DNA of 53,995 nucleotides, counting the filler, from an uncultured virus (IMG/VR IMGVR_UViG_2061766007_002010) (taxonomy: Duplodnaviria > Heunggongvirae > Uroviricota > Caudoviricetes). It is 2 parts of one record of this genome, joined end to end, with 100 filler letters (N's around TTAATTAATTAA, not from the genome) between each part and the next. Parts side by side here need not be neighbours in the genome. Positions count along the whole stretch, not along the records: positions 1 to 23,337 come from IMGVR_UViG_2061766007_002010; 1 more part is not named here. One strand, written 5' to 3'. Under the pieces are notes generated by a model. That model had not been told where the DNA came from. It searched no databases and saw only the letters and a program-made list of their open reading frames with translations. Both the position numbers and the translations under genes were made by a program. The stretch's first letter is position 1, and each line of letters begins with the position of its first letter. Shown piece by piece: positions 1 to 10,581 of the stretch.

Positions 1-840
1 TTTTGCGCCAGTTTCCCAAGAGGAGAGTTTTATCTTTTCGTCATTGAAAAACTTTAAAAGTGTTTCAGGTTTTCCGTCATTTTCAAAACACTTGAAACCG
101 TTGTTGTTGACCATCAAGAGATACTTTACATTTCTTAAGTATATATAGAGCTGCATTGCGCCTACGATATTGAAAAGCGTATTGTCTGATAAAGTATACC
201 TGTAAAGCTTGGCAAATTTCTGGGCGATTGCAAGAGATTCCGAAGAGATATTCTGAAGTCTGCAAAGTAATTGAGAAAGTTTGCTCTGGTCATTGTTTGT
301 ATGTCTAATAAGTTCTTCAAGTTCTCTAGCGCAGTCGCGGTTGAAAAATCTGTAATTAGTTCCGGTATTATAAACACCGAACGCCGCAGAAAGAACGTCA
401 TTATTCATCTGCTTATATTTGATACCGTCACCGCAAATTTCAGCACGAACACCCTTGACTTCGATTCGTGCACCCTGACTTGTATCAATCAAGTCACCTT
501 CTTTTCCGCTAAAACAAACATTCTTGAAAGACGAGACAAAAAGAAATTCGCCTTTACCGATAGCTGGACGTGCGGTTGTAATTTTTAATGCGTCTTCGAT
601 ATAACCATCGTTAAGATAACCGTTCAAACCAGATCTTGTTAAAAAGTCATTCCATGAAATACCGCTGATATTTTGGAATTTAAATGTATTTTTATTTAAA
701 AATTCGAAAAAAGCTTCCGGAGAAGTTTTTAAATGTTTCAAAAGAAGCATGCCGTGTTGGTTGGCAATATCCTTATGTTTCCCGTATTTTTGTGGGGTCC
801 AGAAGTCATTGAGAAGCTTGTTTAAACTATTAAAATCCAT
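1..840 (-). CDS. Putative PD-(D/E)XK nuclease-fold protein (3' end runs off window)
   Basis: Not in ORF track; manual translation from ATG at 840 stays open to base 1 (MDFNSLNKLLNDFW...RPAIGKGEFLF...EGDLIDTSQGARIEVKG...SSWETGAK). GKGE / GD / IEVKG spacing fits PD-(D/E)XK motifs. Confidence 0.7.
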   Translation of the reverse strand, partial: MDFNSLNKLLNDFWTPQKYGKHKDIANQHGMLLLKHLKTSPEAFFEFLNKNTFKFQNISGISWNDFLTRSGLNGYLNDGYIEDALKITTARPAIGKGEFLFVSSFKNVCFSGKEGDLIDTSQGARIEVKGVRAEICGDGIKYKQMNNDVLSAAFGVYNTGTNYRFFNRDCARELEELIRHTNNDQSKLSQLLCRLQNISSESLAIAQKFAKLYRYTLSDNTLFNIVGAMQLYIYLRNVKYLLMVNNNGFKCFENDGKPETLLKFFNDEKIKLSSWETGAK

Positions 841-844
841 ACAT

Positions 845-856
845 TATTTATAAATA
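845..856. promoter_or_regulatory. Palindromic bidirectional T4-type late promoter (TATTTATAAATA)
   Basis: TATAAATA on both strands, each 4 nt from the ATG of a divergent gene (840 and 861). Confidence 0.8.
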
Positions 857-860
857 TAGC

Positions 861-2699
861 ATGGGTTTATGTAACGTCTACAACTTTTCCAATAATAGAA
901 CTGTTAAGCTTTCGGACTCATATAGCGTCCAGGTAAAGCTTACTGATTTGGATATGGCTAAATTTAAAAGTGTTGTCGGTAAATATTCTTGGGCTACTGA
1001 CNNNNNNNNNNNNNNNNNNNNNNNNNNNNNNNNNNNNNNNNNNNNNNNNNNNNNNNNNNNNNNNNNNNNNNNNNNNNNNNNNNNNNNNNNNNNNNNNNNN
1101 NNNNNNNNNNNNCGGATGATTTAAAGATTGAGTTAATCGAGCATGTAGTTGAAAGATATACAGATACGAATACAAAATATATCGGTGTTGTCGAGCTTTT
1201 GGTAAATATCTTTCTCTCTAAACTGTTTGACGCCGCAACATATTCGTATAAGCTGACAGACTATATTCCAGAATTAAGAATCATTGTACATACTAATGAT
1301 TTTACAGATAGAGTATGTTATTATACGTTCAAGAACTTGAAATTGTCATCATATTCAAAATACACATTGGATTATAGTAGTTCTGACCTTTGCAAGTGGT
1401 CATTGGTTTTCTCATATCAGGCTTATACACAAGAATTTAAACCGAATGCTATCCTTGCGGCTAATGACCTGTTTGGCGAAAACAAGTCTATTTCGATGTT
1501 CTCCGACCATGAAGAAGCACCTGTAATTGTAGAGCCTGCAGAAGAAACGATTACTCCTTCTGAAGCTACTGCTACATTGGAACGCCCTGCTGATGAACCT
1601 ACACCGGTAGATACTGAAACTGCGGAAAATAATACTGAAGCTATTGATACTCCGGTTAATCAGACTGATAATACAGATAAGATTGACGAATTGGCATATC
1701 AGATGATGCGTGGTAATCTTGGAAATGGAAAGACAAGAAAAGAAAATGCTAAGACTGCTGGATATAGCGATGAAGAAATTGCCGCAGCACAAGCTATTGT
1801 TAACCAGAAAGATTGGAATGCACTTAGAGACCGTCATAACGCTCGTATGGATGCACAGGCTGAAGTAGTTACCGCTTCGAATTCTAATAAGGTGGAAACT
1901 ACAGAACCAAGCGTTACTACACCTTCTAAAGCGGTTGAGACAACGCCGGTCAATACCGATGCTTTGGCTAATGCGGCTANNNNNNNNNNNNNNNNNNNNN
2001 NNNNNNNNNNNNNNNNNNNNNNNNNNNNNNNGATAATAAGTTGACTGCCGGTTCTGACGATAGAATCGACGAACTCGCATATCAGATGATGCGTGGTACT
2101 TATGATAACGGTAATCCTCGTATCAAGAAGACACTTGCAGCTGATTATACGAATGAAGAACGTAAGGCAGCACAGAAGATTGTCAATAAGAAAGAATGGA
2201 ATGCACTTAAGGATCGTCACGATGCNNNNNNNNNNNNNNNNNNNNNCTGAAGCTTTGGCAAATGCGAATAACGGATTGACACGTGAACCGGTAAAGGAAG
2301 AAACAACCCCTGTTGTAGCAACAACCAATAATCTCGGTGGAGATTCTGCAGATGCGGCATATAAGGCAGCATTGGCTAAGGCTTCTGAAACTNNNNNNNN
2401 NNNNNNNNNNNNNNNNNNNNNNNNNNNNNNNNNNNNNNNNNNNNNNNNNNNNNNNNNNNNNNNNNNNNNNNNNNNNNNNNNNNNNNNNNNNNNNNNNNNN
2501 NNNNNNNNNNNNNNNNNNGACAACTACTACAGTTGCACAGTTTAAAGGATTTGATGCAGATCGAGAAAAGAAGATTGGCGAATATGCAGCAAAACGTTAT
2601 AAGGAAGAGCTAGCCAAGGGTAATGTAAAGAATGCCCAGATGCTTATTGAAAAGATAGACATGGAAGCTCGTAATGCCTATGCTCAAGGAAAACTTTAA
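861..2699 (+). CDS. Putative tail-tube/baseplate-initiator-like protein with C-terminal CW_7 (Cpl-7) repeats and Thr/Glu-rich linkers; gapped
   Basis: ORF pieces 861-1124, 1199-2044, 2041-2250, 2093-2545, 2337-2699 separated only by N runs; repeats IDELAYQMMRGNLGNGKTRK...AAQAIVN and IDELAYQMMRGTYDNGNPRIK...AAQKIVN match the CW_7 pattern. N-terminal fold call is weak. Confidence 0.55.
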
Positions 2700-2723
2700 G
2701 AATAAATAATAAGAGGTTTTATA

Positions 2724-3142
2724 ATGGATAAGGAAAATTTTTTAACATATNNNNNNNNNNNNNNNNNNNNNNNNNNNNNNNNNNNNNNNNNNNNNNNNNN
2801 NNNNNNNNNNNNNNNAATCAGGTTCACATCTATCATTGGTCTTGTGAAAGCGGTTTCCATCATACACATTTCCAGGAAATTTATGAGAAGCTACGTGACT
2901 TTGCCGATAAGCTTGTTGAAATCTGCCTTGGTAAAGAAGAGTTCTCTATCAATCCGATTCCTGCAGATATTGACGGAAAGATTTATAATACTGAAAATGC
3001 TCTTCGTAAGCTCCGTAAGTATATTGACGATTTGACCGTTATCGCGAAGAAGTTTGAAGCTCAGACTGCAATTAACAACGTGATGACTGATACCATTGAA
3101 GCACTTGAAGGCGAATTCGGTTTAATTTCTAAATTCTCGTAA
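2724..3142 (+). CDS. Dps/ferritin-like protein (DUF5856-like)
   Basis: After the gap a different frame from the ORF track reads NQVHIYHWSCESGFHHTHFQEIYEKLRDFADKLVE...GLISKFS*, the HW...H..F.E.Y......D...E Dps signature; SD GAGG upstream. Confidence 0.7.
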
Positions 3143-3152
3143 TAGGTAACTA

Positions 3153-4493
3153 ATGGCAATGATAAATTATACACAGCCTGGTTTTAAACCGTACATGGTC
3201 GGTTATAACAAGGCAGGTGATCCGGATAAGACTAATTTTGGTTATCCGCCGAAATACTATTTTGCCGGAACGACAAGAGCTCTTTTGACAGCTTTTGGTA
3301 ATTTCTTTAATGACATTTATATCGGTCGAAGAAATCAATACCAGGAAGTCGAAAAATGGGTTCGTGTTCCTATCAAGTACGGTCCTAGAAAGAAGTCTCA
3401 TGATTTCAGAACAGAACAGGAGACCGGAGAACCGGCATATATTTCGTTGCCAAATATAACCTATAAGCTCGATGGCATTAGTTATGCAGCTGATAGAGAT
3501 TCTGGTGTTTATGAAACTCGTGCATTCTATAATGATGTGTTGACTAGCGCTGGTATCGAATACGAAATGGAAGAACAGTTCTGGTCTGACGTTCAGCCAG
3601 CACCGATAAATCTGAATATTACAATGGAAATCAACTGTGAAGACATTGATGATGTGAATGATATTGGTGAGCAGATTCTTCCGAGATTCCGCCCAGCAGC
3701 GTTCTTAGCCGTAAAGGAATTCTGGTTCTTCAATAAACGTCGTTCTATCAAGCTTAGAATGAATGACCCTGGTATTCAGATTGATAACGATGCAATGGGC
3801 GAAGAAGACCGTCGCGAAGTCAAGGGAACAATTACGTTTACAATCGAAGGTGTATACTACTTACCGATTAAGACCGCACAGATTATTACGAAAATCAATA
3901 CGTTCCTTCAGACCGACAAGACTGCTGGCGCTTTATGGCATGCTCAGGCATTCGGTAATCCTAACGGAACACTTACACAGCCTCATGATTTCTCGAATGT
4001 ATATGATACTCTCGTAACAAGCGCATACGTGCTTTCTGGACAGCCTGTAACCACCTGGGACGACAAGACTAAGACTTCTACTACCGAATATTTTTACACG
4101 CGTACGGACCAATTAACGAGGTATAATGCAGACGCTAAGTTGCTTGTTAAGGAAACTAAGCAATGGAGCCCTGCAGATAATCCACTTTATACTACTGAAG
4201 AACTGTATGATGATAAGAACTTCTGTTATTATACGTCTGCTGTTCCTCATTACGATGAATGGATAGAGAAAAAGGAATATATGTCGTTATCTGGCTTTGG
4301 CGATAACCAGGACGATACGATTAAATTCGGTAATAAGACAATGTATGATAAGTATTTCCGTCCGTTCTCTGCATATTATTCGACATATACAGAAGAAGGA
4401 ACTGTGAGCGGTATGAATTTCAATTTTGATACGCGAACACAGGAAGTTACGTATAGCGGTAAATACGATAAATCAGAACCGAAATTAAAATAA
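3153..4493 (+). CDS. T4 gp15-like tail sheath stabilizer/completion protein with C-terminal extension
   Basis: TRALLTAFGNFFNDIYI...VRVPIKYGPRKK...LPNITY..GISY..DR and EQILPRFRP resemble gp15 motifs. Confidence 0.8.
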   Translation: MAMINYTQPGFKPYMVGYNKAGDPDKTNFGYPPKYYFAGTTRALLTAFGNFFNDIYIGRRNQYQEVEKWVRVPIKYGPRKKSHDFRTEQETGEPAYISLPNITYKLDGISYAADRDSGVYETRAFYNDVLTSAGIEYEMEEQFWSDVQPAPINLNITMEINCEDIDDVNDIGEQILPRFRPAAFLAVKEFWFFNKRRSIKLRMNDPGIQIDNDAMGEEDRREVKGTITFTIEGVYYLPIKTAQIITKINTFLQTDKTAGALWHAQAFGNPNGTLTQPHDFSNVYDTLVTSAYVLSGQPVTTWDDKTKTSTTEYFYTRTDQLTRYNADAKLLVKETKQWSPADNPLYTTEELYDDKNFCYYTSAVPHYDEWIEKKEYMSLSGFGDNQDDTIKFGNKTMYDKYFRPFSAYYSTYTEEGTVSGMNFNFDTRTQEVTYSGKYDKSEPKLK

Positions 4494-4517
4494 AAAGGAG
4501 CTTTAAAGCTCCTTTTT
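4492..4517. terminator. Bidirectional intrinsic terminator
   Basis: AAAAAGGAGCTTTAAAGCTCCTTTTT perfect inverted repeat between convergent genes. Confidence 0.85.
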
Positions 4518-4518
4518 A

Positions 4519-7500
4519 TTATTGCCTATAAGAAATTGCAAATTCACCATCTGCTTGTGATAAGCTAAAGTCTGGACTCAAGTTATCTGATATTCTAAAT
4601 ATGATTGTGGTTATATTATCTTTTCTGGATTTTTCTACAACCATAAAGTGCAGTCCAGAATCGTTTTCACCTAAATCTTCATCAGAATACCAAACTACGT
4701 CACCATAGTTTTCTTCAACAATAACTATTGGTCGTCCTTGTTTATCTAATTCAATATCACCCAAGTTTTCAACAAGCGGCCAATGGTCATCATCTAATAT
4801 CAACAGATTCCAGTCTTCTTCAGCTCTATCGTCATAAAGTGTATCACCTTTACGACAAATATATGTTGCTATAGTATTTGGATATTCAGTTTCACCATTA
4901 TGTGCGGTAAACGTGAAATTAGACTTTCTGAAAACTTCAATCCAATCATTCTTATTATTCCTATCGCCGTTCTTTTTCAAAAGGTAATAGTTCGTATCAT
5001 TACCAGCGGCAAACCATGCAAGTTCGAACATCGGTGGAACATAAGTCTTATCACCTTTTATAACTAAATACTTACGGTCAGTATAAGTAGATTCAATATC
5101 TTCTAATGGCTCGTCTGGTACAGGCGGATTTTCAACTTCTTCAGGTTCTTCATATATCAAGTAGTCCGTACCTAGAGCAATTCGGAAATCCGCAATTTGA
5201 GCAAACAACGCAATCGGTTTATGTATTTCAGTATATTCGTCTTCAAAGCTTTTATTATAATATGGTCCGACTTTAATTTCATCTAATACCGATTGTGCAG
5301 CACCCATTAAGTTAAGATAGAAACCATTAGTATCTGATTTTACACTTGCATAAGTACCTAAGTCAAAAATCTTTTTTGTCCATATATCAGAAGTTATTTG
5401 ACCTGTAACTGCAGGACAGGTAACTCTACCAAACAATATATCTATAAGTTTATAAGTAACACCTTGATATTGAATAGTCAAATCAACAGGATTAATTGTA
5501 TTTACACAAATATCAGTTATTAATGCTACATAATTACCATTAATGGAACAACATAAACTTGGTGGTCGAGTGAGACCATATTTAGGATTCCATTGAACTT
5601 CCAGATAACAGAAATTAACACCTATTTTATTACAGAAAGAACGCTTGAGTTTTTCCTCGATATTGAATAGGTTATTGTATGAATTTTTAGAAGCTCTTGC
5701 ATAGCCATTATCTTGCCATTCGTTTGGTTCAGTTCGACCATAGATACTGAATCTTGGTTTCTTGGACGGTGTTTCCATATAAACATGCTTATTTAAGAAT
5801 TCATCGGCATATTTATTTGTTGGTTCGGAACCACCAGAAATGCCCACACCGAAGTCTTCACCATAGGCATTATAACGGTCCCATGTATATTTTACTTGTG
5901 CATCAACTGTATTAAACGGGAAAAACAAACTTTCAGTTCTTATTTTGCTAACATAAGCATATATATTTTCTGGATCTGGTATATTCCAAGTATGATTTAC
6001 ACCGTTGTCATCTGTTGTTTTCTTAACTGCAAAATCATCAAATAAATTCCAAGTATACTTATAGTTTCTGACTTCTTGAGAACCACCGAGGCGGTCAAGA
6101 ATAAAATCTTGGAAATGAATATCTGTATTTGCTACAAGAACATATGCGAGCTTTCTTAATACACGATGAATCGGTTTTACTTTAAGAACTAACTTGACAA
6201 TATTATATGAAAGTTCATTGAATTCTCTAAAAGTTAAACCTGTGTCCATGACGTCGACATCAAAACGGGACGTCAAGTAATAACGGCCAATATCGGAAAG
6301 CTTGCCGGAATTACCGATATAACGTTCGGCATTGAGTTCGTCTTCACGTGCAAAATTTTCTTCATGCTTGAAGTTATCGGTAATTTCACGTGTAGACCAG
6401 ATTTCTGCGAGTTTAACACAAAGTCCAATCTGGTTCAATATAAACTTGATACCTCTATAAGTACCAGCCATCTGGTTATAGTATGGAATATTCTTATAGA
6501 TGTCTTTGATAAAACTATTGAGTTCCAAACCGGTAATATCGCGGAATACATAATTCTTCAAAACCTCGGTATCTGTATCTTGAGGTTCTGGTGCAGCTCT
6601 TAATCCGCGAGTAGGCGTTGTTTCGGTTTCTTCTTTTTCTTCGACAGGTAATTGCTTATTACGAAGATAAAAGTTCAAGTCATCATTGTTCGGCTGGACA
6701 TTGATGCCATACTGCTTACGATAAAGGTCGATAAGCGGTGCTTCCATGGCCTTAATATCGTCAAAGTTATTGATACGTGCGAACTTTTCAAGAATACTGA
6801 TATGCTTGCCGTTTGTCATGGAAGTATAAACGGTATTAAAGAAATCTTCAGTAGCTTGAACGAAGGATGCATAATTGTCATTCTTCAAATACTTTGGAAC
6901 ATTTTGTTTAAATCTGATTAAACGACCTTCGGTTGCGCCAATCCATTCACCGTCCATTGCGGTGGCAAATGTTTTAGCTTTTAATGCACCATCAATTTCT
7001 GAGTTATCTACGGAAAGCCAAGCACTTACAACTACATAACCGGATTCATTGATAGGTCTTACATAGAATGTTGCTGTACCGGTTGTAGAATCATAACGAT
7101 AATCGTCGATAACACCAATACTATCATCTTCCAATATTACTGTAGGTGTAATATCGAATAATTCAGAGTTAGGATTCTGAACAATAACCTTGATAGAACC
7201 TTCATTGGGCGGATATACGATTCGGTTTTCTGGAACAGGATCAGTGAAAGTAATGATAAGCGGAGTTACATCGCCAATATCATTTTCATTGATAATAGTT
7301 TTCCATGCAAATTTGGTATTAAATGTTACCGTATTTGCAGCAATATTCCAGACAGTTACATAAATCTGTTTTTCTGTTAAAACCGCATCAGTTAATGTAT
7401 TACCGTCAACAGATACGTAGAAAGTTAATGTATAAATGTCGGAATTTCGTGAAATCGAAATATCTTTAATGGTACTATTCGATTCGATAGTACCTCTTTT

Positions 7501-7920
7501 ACGATTTACATCATAAAGTATTGTTGCATCATCGCCCGTACCTAACGTGATAGACAAGTTACCCGGGTCAATAGGTGTCTTAGATTCGAATACGATAGTA
7601 CAACGGTGAACACCTGTGATTGTTACTGGTATTCCGTGTTCATCTTCCTTTTTTATTGTACTGTTAATGCTTGTATATTGAATATTAGAAGATGTTATAA
7701 CGACAGGAACTTTATCGATATAAACATTCTTTACGGAAGAACTTAAAAAGAACGATGAAACATCACTATCAAAGAAAATCGTTCCAGCCGGATATTTAGA
7801 CTTATCCGTTACTGGTGAACCATCAGTATTATATTGCTGGGTATACTCAAAATTCCAACTGCCATCAAATGTGTGCCAGTTGGTAAATACACCGATTGAA
7901 GAGTTAAATGTTAATGCCAT
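4519..7920 (-). CDS. Large virion structural protein, baseplate wedge-like (gp7/P2 gpI-like central region)
   Basis: 1133 aa intact ORF; FKQNVPKYLK...FF and IYKNIPYYNQMAGTYRGIKFILNQIG...VKPIH resemble wedge motifs; beta-rich N-terminus; tail module context. Confidence 0.6.
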   Translation of the reverse strand: MALTFNSSIGVFTNWHTFDGSWNFEYTQQYNTDGSPVTDKSKYPAGTIFFDSDVSSFFLSSSVKNVYIDKVPVVITSSNIQYTSINSTIKKEDEHGIPVTITGVHRCTIVFESKTPIDPGNLSITLGTGDDATILYDVNRKRGTIESNSTIKDISISRNSDIYTLTFYVSVDGNTLTDAVLTEKQIYVTVWNIAANTVTFNTKFAWKTIINENDIGDVTPLIITFTDPVPENRIVYPPNEGSIKVIVQNPNSELFDITPTVILEDDSIGVIDDYRYDSTTGTATFYVRPINESGYVVVSAWLSVDNSEIDGALKAKTFATAMDGEWIGATEGRLIRFKQNVPKYLKNDNYASFVQATEDFFNTVYTSMTNGKHISILEKFARINNFDDIKAMEAPLIDLYRKQYGINVQPNNDDLNFYLRNKQLPVEEKEETETTPTRGLRAAPEPQDTDTEVLKNYVFRDITGLELNSFIKDIYKNIPYYNQMAGTYRGIKFILNQIGLCVKLAEIWSTREITDNFKHEENFAREDELNAERYIGNSGKLSDIGRYYLTSRFDVDVMDTGLTFREFNELSYNIVKLVLKVKPIHRVLRKLAYVLVANTDIHFQDFILDRLGGSQEVRNYKYTWNLFDDFAVKKTTDDNGVNHTWNIPDPENIYAYVSKIRTESLFFPFNTVDAQVKYTWDRYNAYGEDFGVGISGGSEPTNKYADEFLNKHVYMETPSKKPRFSIYGRTEPNEWQDNGYARASKNSYNNLFNIEEKLKRSFCNKIGVNFCYLEVQWNPKYGLTRPPSLCCSINGNYVALITDICVNTINPVDLTIQYQGVTYKLIDILFGRVTCPAVTGQITSDIWTKKIFDLGTYASVKSDTNGFYLNLMGAAQSVLDEIKVGPYYNKSFEDEYTEIHKPIALFAQIADFRIALGTDYLIYEEPEEVENPPVPDEPLEDIESTYTDRKYLVIKGDKTYVPPMFELAWFAAGNDTNYYLLKKNGDRNNKNDWIEVFRKSNFTFTAHNGETEYPNTIATYICRKGDTLYDDRAEEDWNLLILDDDHWPLVENLGDIELDKQGRPIVIVEENYGDVVWYSDEDLGENDSGLHFMVVEKSRKDNITTIIFRISDNLSPDFSLSQADGEFAISYRQ

Positions 7921-7923
7921 ACG

Positions 7924-8705
7924 TTAGTCTTCCCATAATGCGATAGAGTCAAGTGAGCGTTTGTCGAGAACAGAGAATTTAAGTTTTGGCCAGTCGCGTC
8001 TACACTGAGCCGCACAGCTTCCGAGCATATAGATTCTCAAGATAATNNNNNNNNNNNNNNNNNNNNNNNNNNNNNNNNNNNNNNNNNNNNNNNNNNNNNN
8101 NNNNNNNNNNNNNNNNNNNNNNNAGTTGCAAGCTTGATGTCTTCGGCCTTGCAGCTGTCAACGAACGAAGAGAAGTCGTTTGTTTCGATAACAGCTTTCT
8201 TGAAGAAATCGAAATCCTGAACTAACTGGTTCTTGCGGTCCGTAGTTAATCCGATATTATTGGAAGAGAACCATGTATCGATATTGTGATAATTCCAGAG
8301 GAACTTCTTGTACATTGTATATTTGAGTTCCTTGACAGAATCCTTGAAATTTACAGAGTAGGTCAGGAAGTTAATANNNNNNNNNNGGAAGTTAATATAT
8401 TCGGAATTATCGTCATTACTGATTGCGTTATTGATATATTCTTGGAATGTCTGGGTACCTTCGACCTTGATAAGCACGTCCTGCTTATTTACCGGGTTAT
8501 TTGTCGAGTTGTAGATTGTATTGACATTCAAAGTAACCGGAATCTGCTTAGCCGTAGCGATACGCTTGAGGGTTTCGATAAGATTGAAATAATCCGTAGA
8601 CACATAACCTACGGTAATGTTTTTACAAATCACAGAGCTCAATTCCTTCTTCGTAAAAGGAATCATTGGGCTATTTACATTAAAAACTTTGCTATTTAAC
8701 ATCAT
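7924..8705 (-). CDS. Hypothetical protein (gapped)
   Basis: ORF 8037-8705 continues after the gap as IILRIYMLGSCAAQCRRDWPKLKF...LWED* ending 7924; TATAAATA (8708-8715, minus) directly upstream. Confidence 0.65.
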
Positions 8706-8795
8706 TATATTTATAATATAGAAAAGTGCAAATAAAATTTAGATAAAAAGAGAAAAACTGTTTAAATTTTTTAAAAATTTGCTATATTTAACAAT

Positions 8796-9192
8796 ATGAA
8801 AGCAGTAAGTTNNNNNNNNNNNNNNNNNNNNNNNAGAAGACACACATGCTCTTGGCATGTCATCCGTCCCATCATCCTTATATCTATGGTCATTGGGACA
8901 TTCCTAAGGGCCATGTTGAACGATATGAGGAACATTATGAAACGGCATTGCGTGAATTATATGAAGAATCTGGAATTATTCTTAAGAAAGAGGATCTGTA
9001 TGATTGCGGAATGTTCGAATATACAAAATATAAAGATTTGCATGTATATGTTGCTAAGACCTCGGTTGAATTGAGTAAGTTAAACTGTTGCACATATTTT
9101 AACGTTGACGGTATGGACGTCAAGGAAGTCGATAACTATAAGTTGATTCCGTATACCGAAGTTGACCATTATTATCGAAGTCTACGGCCTAT
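8796..9192 (+). CDS. NUDIX hydrolase
   Basis: WDIPKGHVERYEEHYETALRELYEESG Nudix box; ATG 7 nt after TATATT -10 box; 3' end lost in gap. Confidence 0.85.
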
Positions 9193-9212
9193 NNNNNNNN
9201 NNTAAATAATGC

Positions 9213-9569
9213 ATGGCAACAATAGCTTCAAGAACAGAATATTTACAGAAAGTTTTGGTCGACGGTATACTTCAGTATGACCTTTGTTCGCTTGATGCTG
9301 ATGATTATGATTTCGGTAAGGAAAACTTCATAGTTGTCAGGGATAATGAAGAATGTAGACCAGACTTGATTTCTCTTAGAGCATACGGAACCATGAATTA
9401 TTGGTGGTTCATTATGTGGTATAACGGCATTACTGATATTTGGAATGACTTAAAAAGAGATCCAGAAAAGCCGTTAATTTTGAAATACCCAGACTTGGAA
9501 GTTGTCCGCGATTTTTTGATAAGCATAAAGAAAGATAATAATAATCCTGAGGAACAAAATGAAGATTAA
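9213..9569 (+). CDS. T4 gp53-like baseplate wedge protein (LysM-like)
   Basis: RPDLISLRAYGTMNYWWFIMWYNGITDIW motif; TAAATA ends 4 nt before ATG. Confidence 0.8.
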   Translation: MATIASRTEYLQKVLVDGILQYDLCSLDADDYDFGKENFIVVRDNEECRPDLISLRAYGTMNYWWFIMWYNGITDIWNDLKRDPEKPLILKYPDLEVVRDFLISIKKDNNNPEEQNED

Positions 9570-10018
9570 TTTTACGAATTATATTTCCGAGCTTAATGAA
9601 GCACAGATGATGACTATTCAGGATTTGCTTAATAACTTCAGAAAGGTTTTCCCGTATTCTGATAAGGACCTTAGTGTTATTACTTTCCATGTTGACGGAA
9701 AAGATACCGAAGATATGGTTTGTACAGGAGTTGTTCAGTCTGAATTCGAAGAATTCGGTAAGTATAAGGTTGCTGTTAAATTCCATAGGGACGATATTGA
9801 ACAGCCGTTCTCGGTAAAGAATATCGGTGAAGTTTTCTGTGAATGCAAGGCATTCCGTTATAATANNNNNNNNNNNNNNNACATTCTTCGGTCAGATTCA
9901 GGGTTATAACCGTATTCCGAACCGTATAAGAAATCCGGAAAAAACACCGTCTGTTTGTAAGCATCTTTACAGTTTTTTAATATATTTGTACAATAAAGGA
10001 TTAATTAAAAATAATTAG
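9559..10018 (+). CDS. SWIM-type zinc finger protein (gapped)
   Basis: VFCECKAFRY...(gap)...RNPEKTPSVCKHL gives CxC-xn-CxH; N-terminus MKINFTNYISELNEA. Confidence 0.65.
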
Positions 10019-10025
10019 GAGTTAT

Positions 10026-10517
10026 ATGACTGCACGTGAAGTGACATTAAGTAATTTTCAGTTAAAGCAGGTTTTTGAAAACCTTTCAAAGAAGATTAAC
10101 GAACCGGGTGAAGCACCGAAGTATTCTTGGTTCATTTTTAAGACATGCGAAGTTCTTGCTGAACCGTATGCCAAGATGATGAACGAACTTTATGACGAAC
10201 GTCGTGAACCGGATTATCCGGCATTTGATGCTGAACAGAAGAAACTTGTTCAGAAGTATGCCGACCGTGATGAACAGAATACGATTATCACCGATGATAC
10301 AGGTCGTCCGGTTATTCGTGAAAATATCGTCGAATTTAGTGAAGAAAATTCAAAGCTTCTTGAAAAGTACCCGACATTAAATGAAAACTGGAAGAATAAG
10401 GAAAAGCATAATTTTGAAGTTCTTCAGAAACGTCAGACTTACAATTTGACATGCCTTGAACTAAGTGAGTTCCCGCCGAAGACTCCTCCGTTTATTGTTG
10501 GCGTATTCGGATATTAA
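10026..10517 (+). CDS. Hypothetical protein
   Basis: 163 aa ORF, SD AGGAG, followed by terminator. Confidence 0.8.
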   Translation: MTAREVTLSNFQLKQVFENLSKKINEPGEAPKYSWFIFKTCEVLAEPYAKMMNELYDERREPDYPAFDAEQKKLVQKYADRDEQNTIITDDTGRPVIRENIVEFSEENSKLLEKYPTLNENWKNKEKHNFEVLQKRQTYNLTCLELSEFPPKTPPFIVGVFGY

Positions 10518-10538
10518 TACTTCTGAAATAATTAAATT

Positions 10539-10568
10539 GGAAACCGGTCTAGGCCGGTTTTCTTTTTT
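10539..10568 (+). terminator. Intrinsic terminator
   Basis: GGAAACCGGTCTAGGCCGGTTTTC hairpin followed by T tract. Confidence 0.75.
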
Positions 10569-10581
10569 ATANNNNNNNNNN

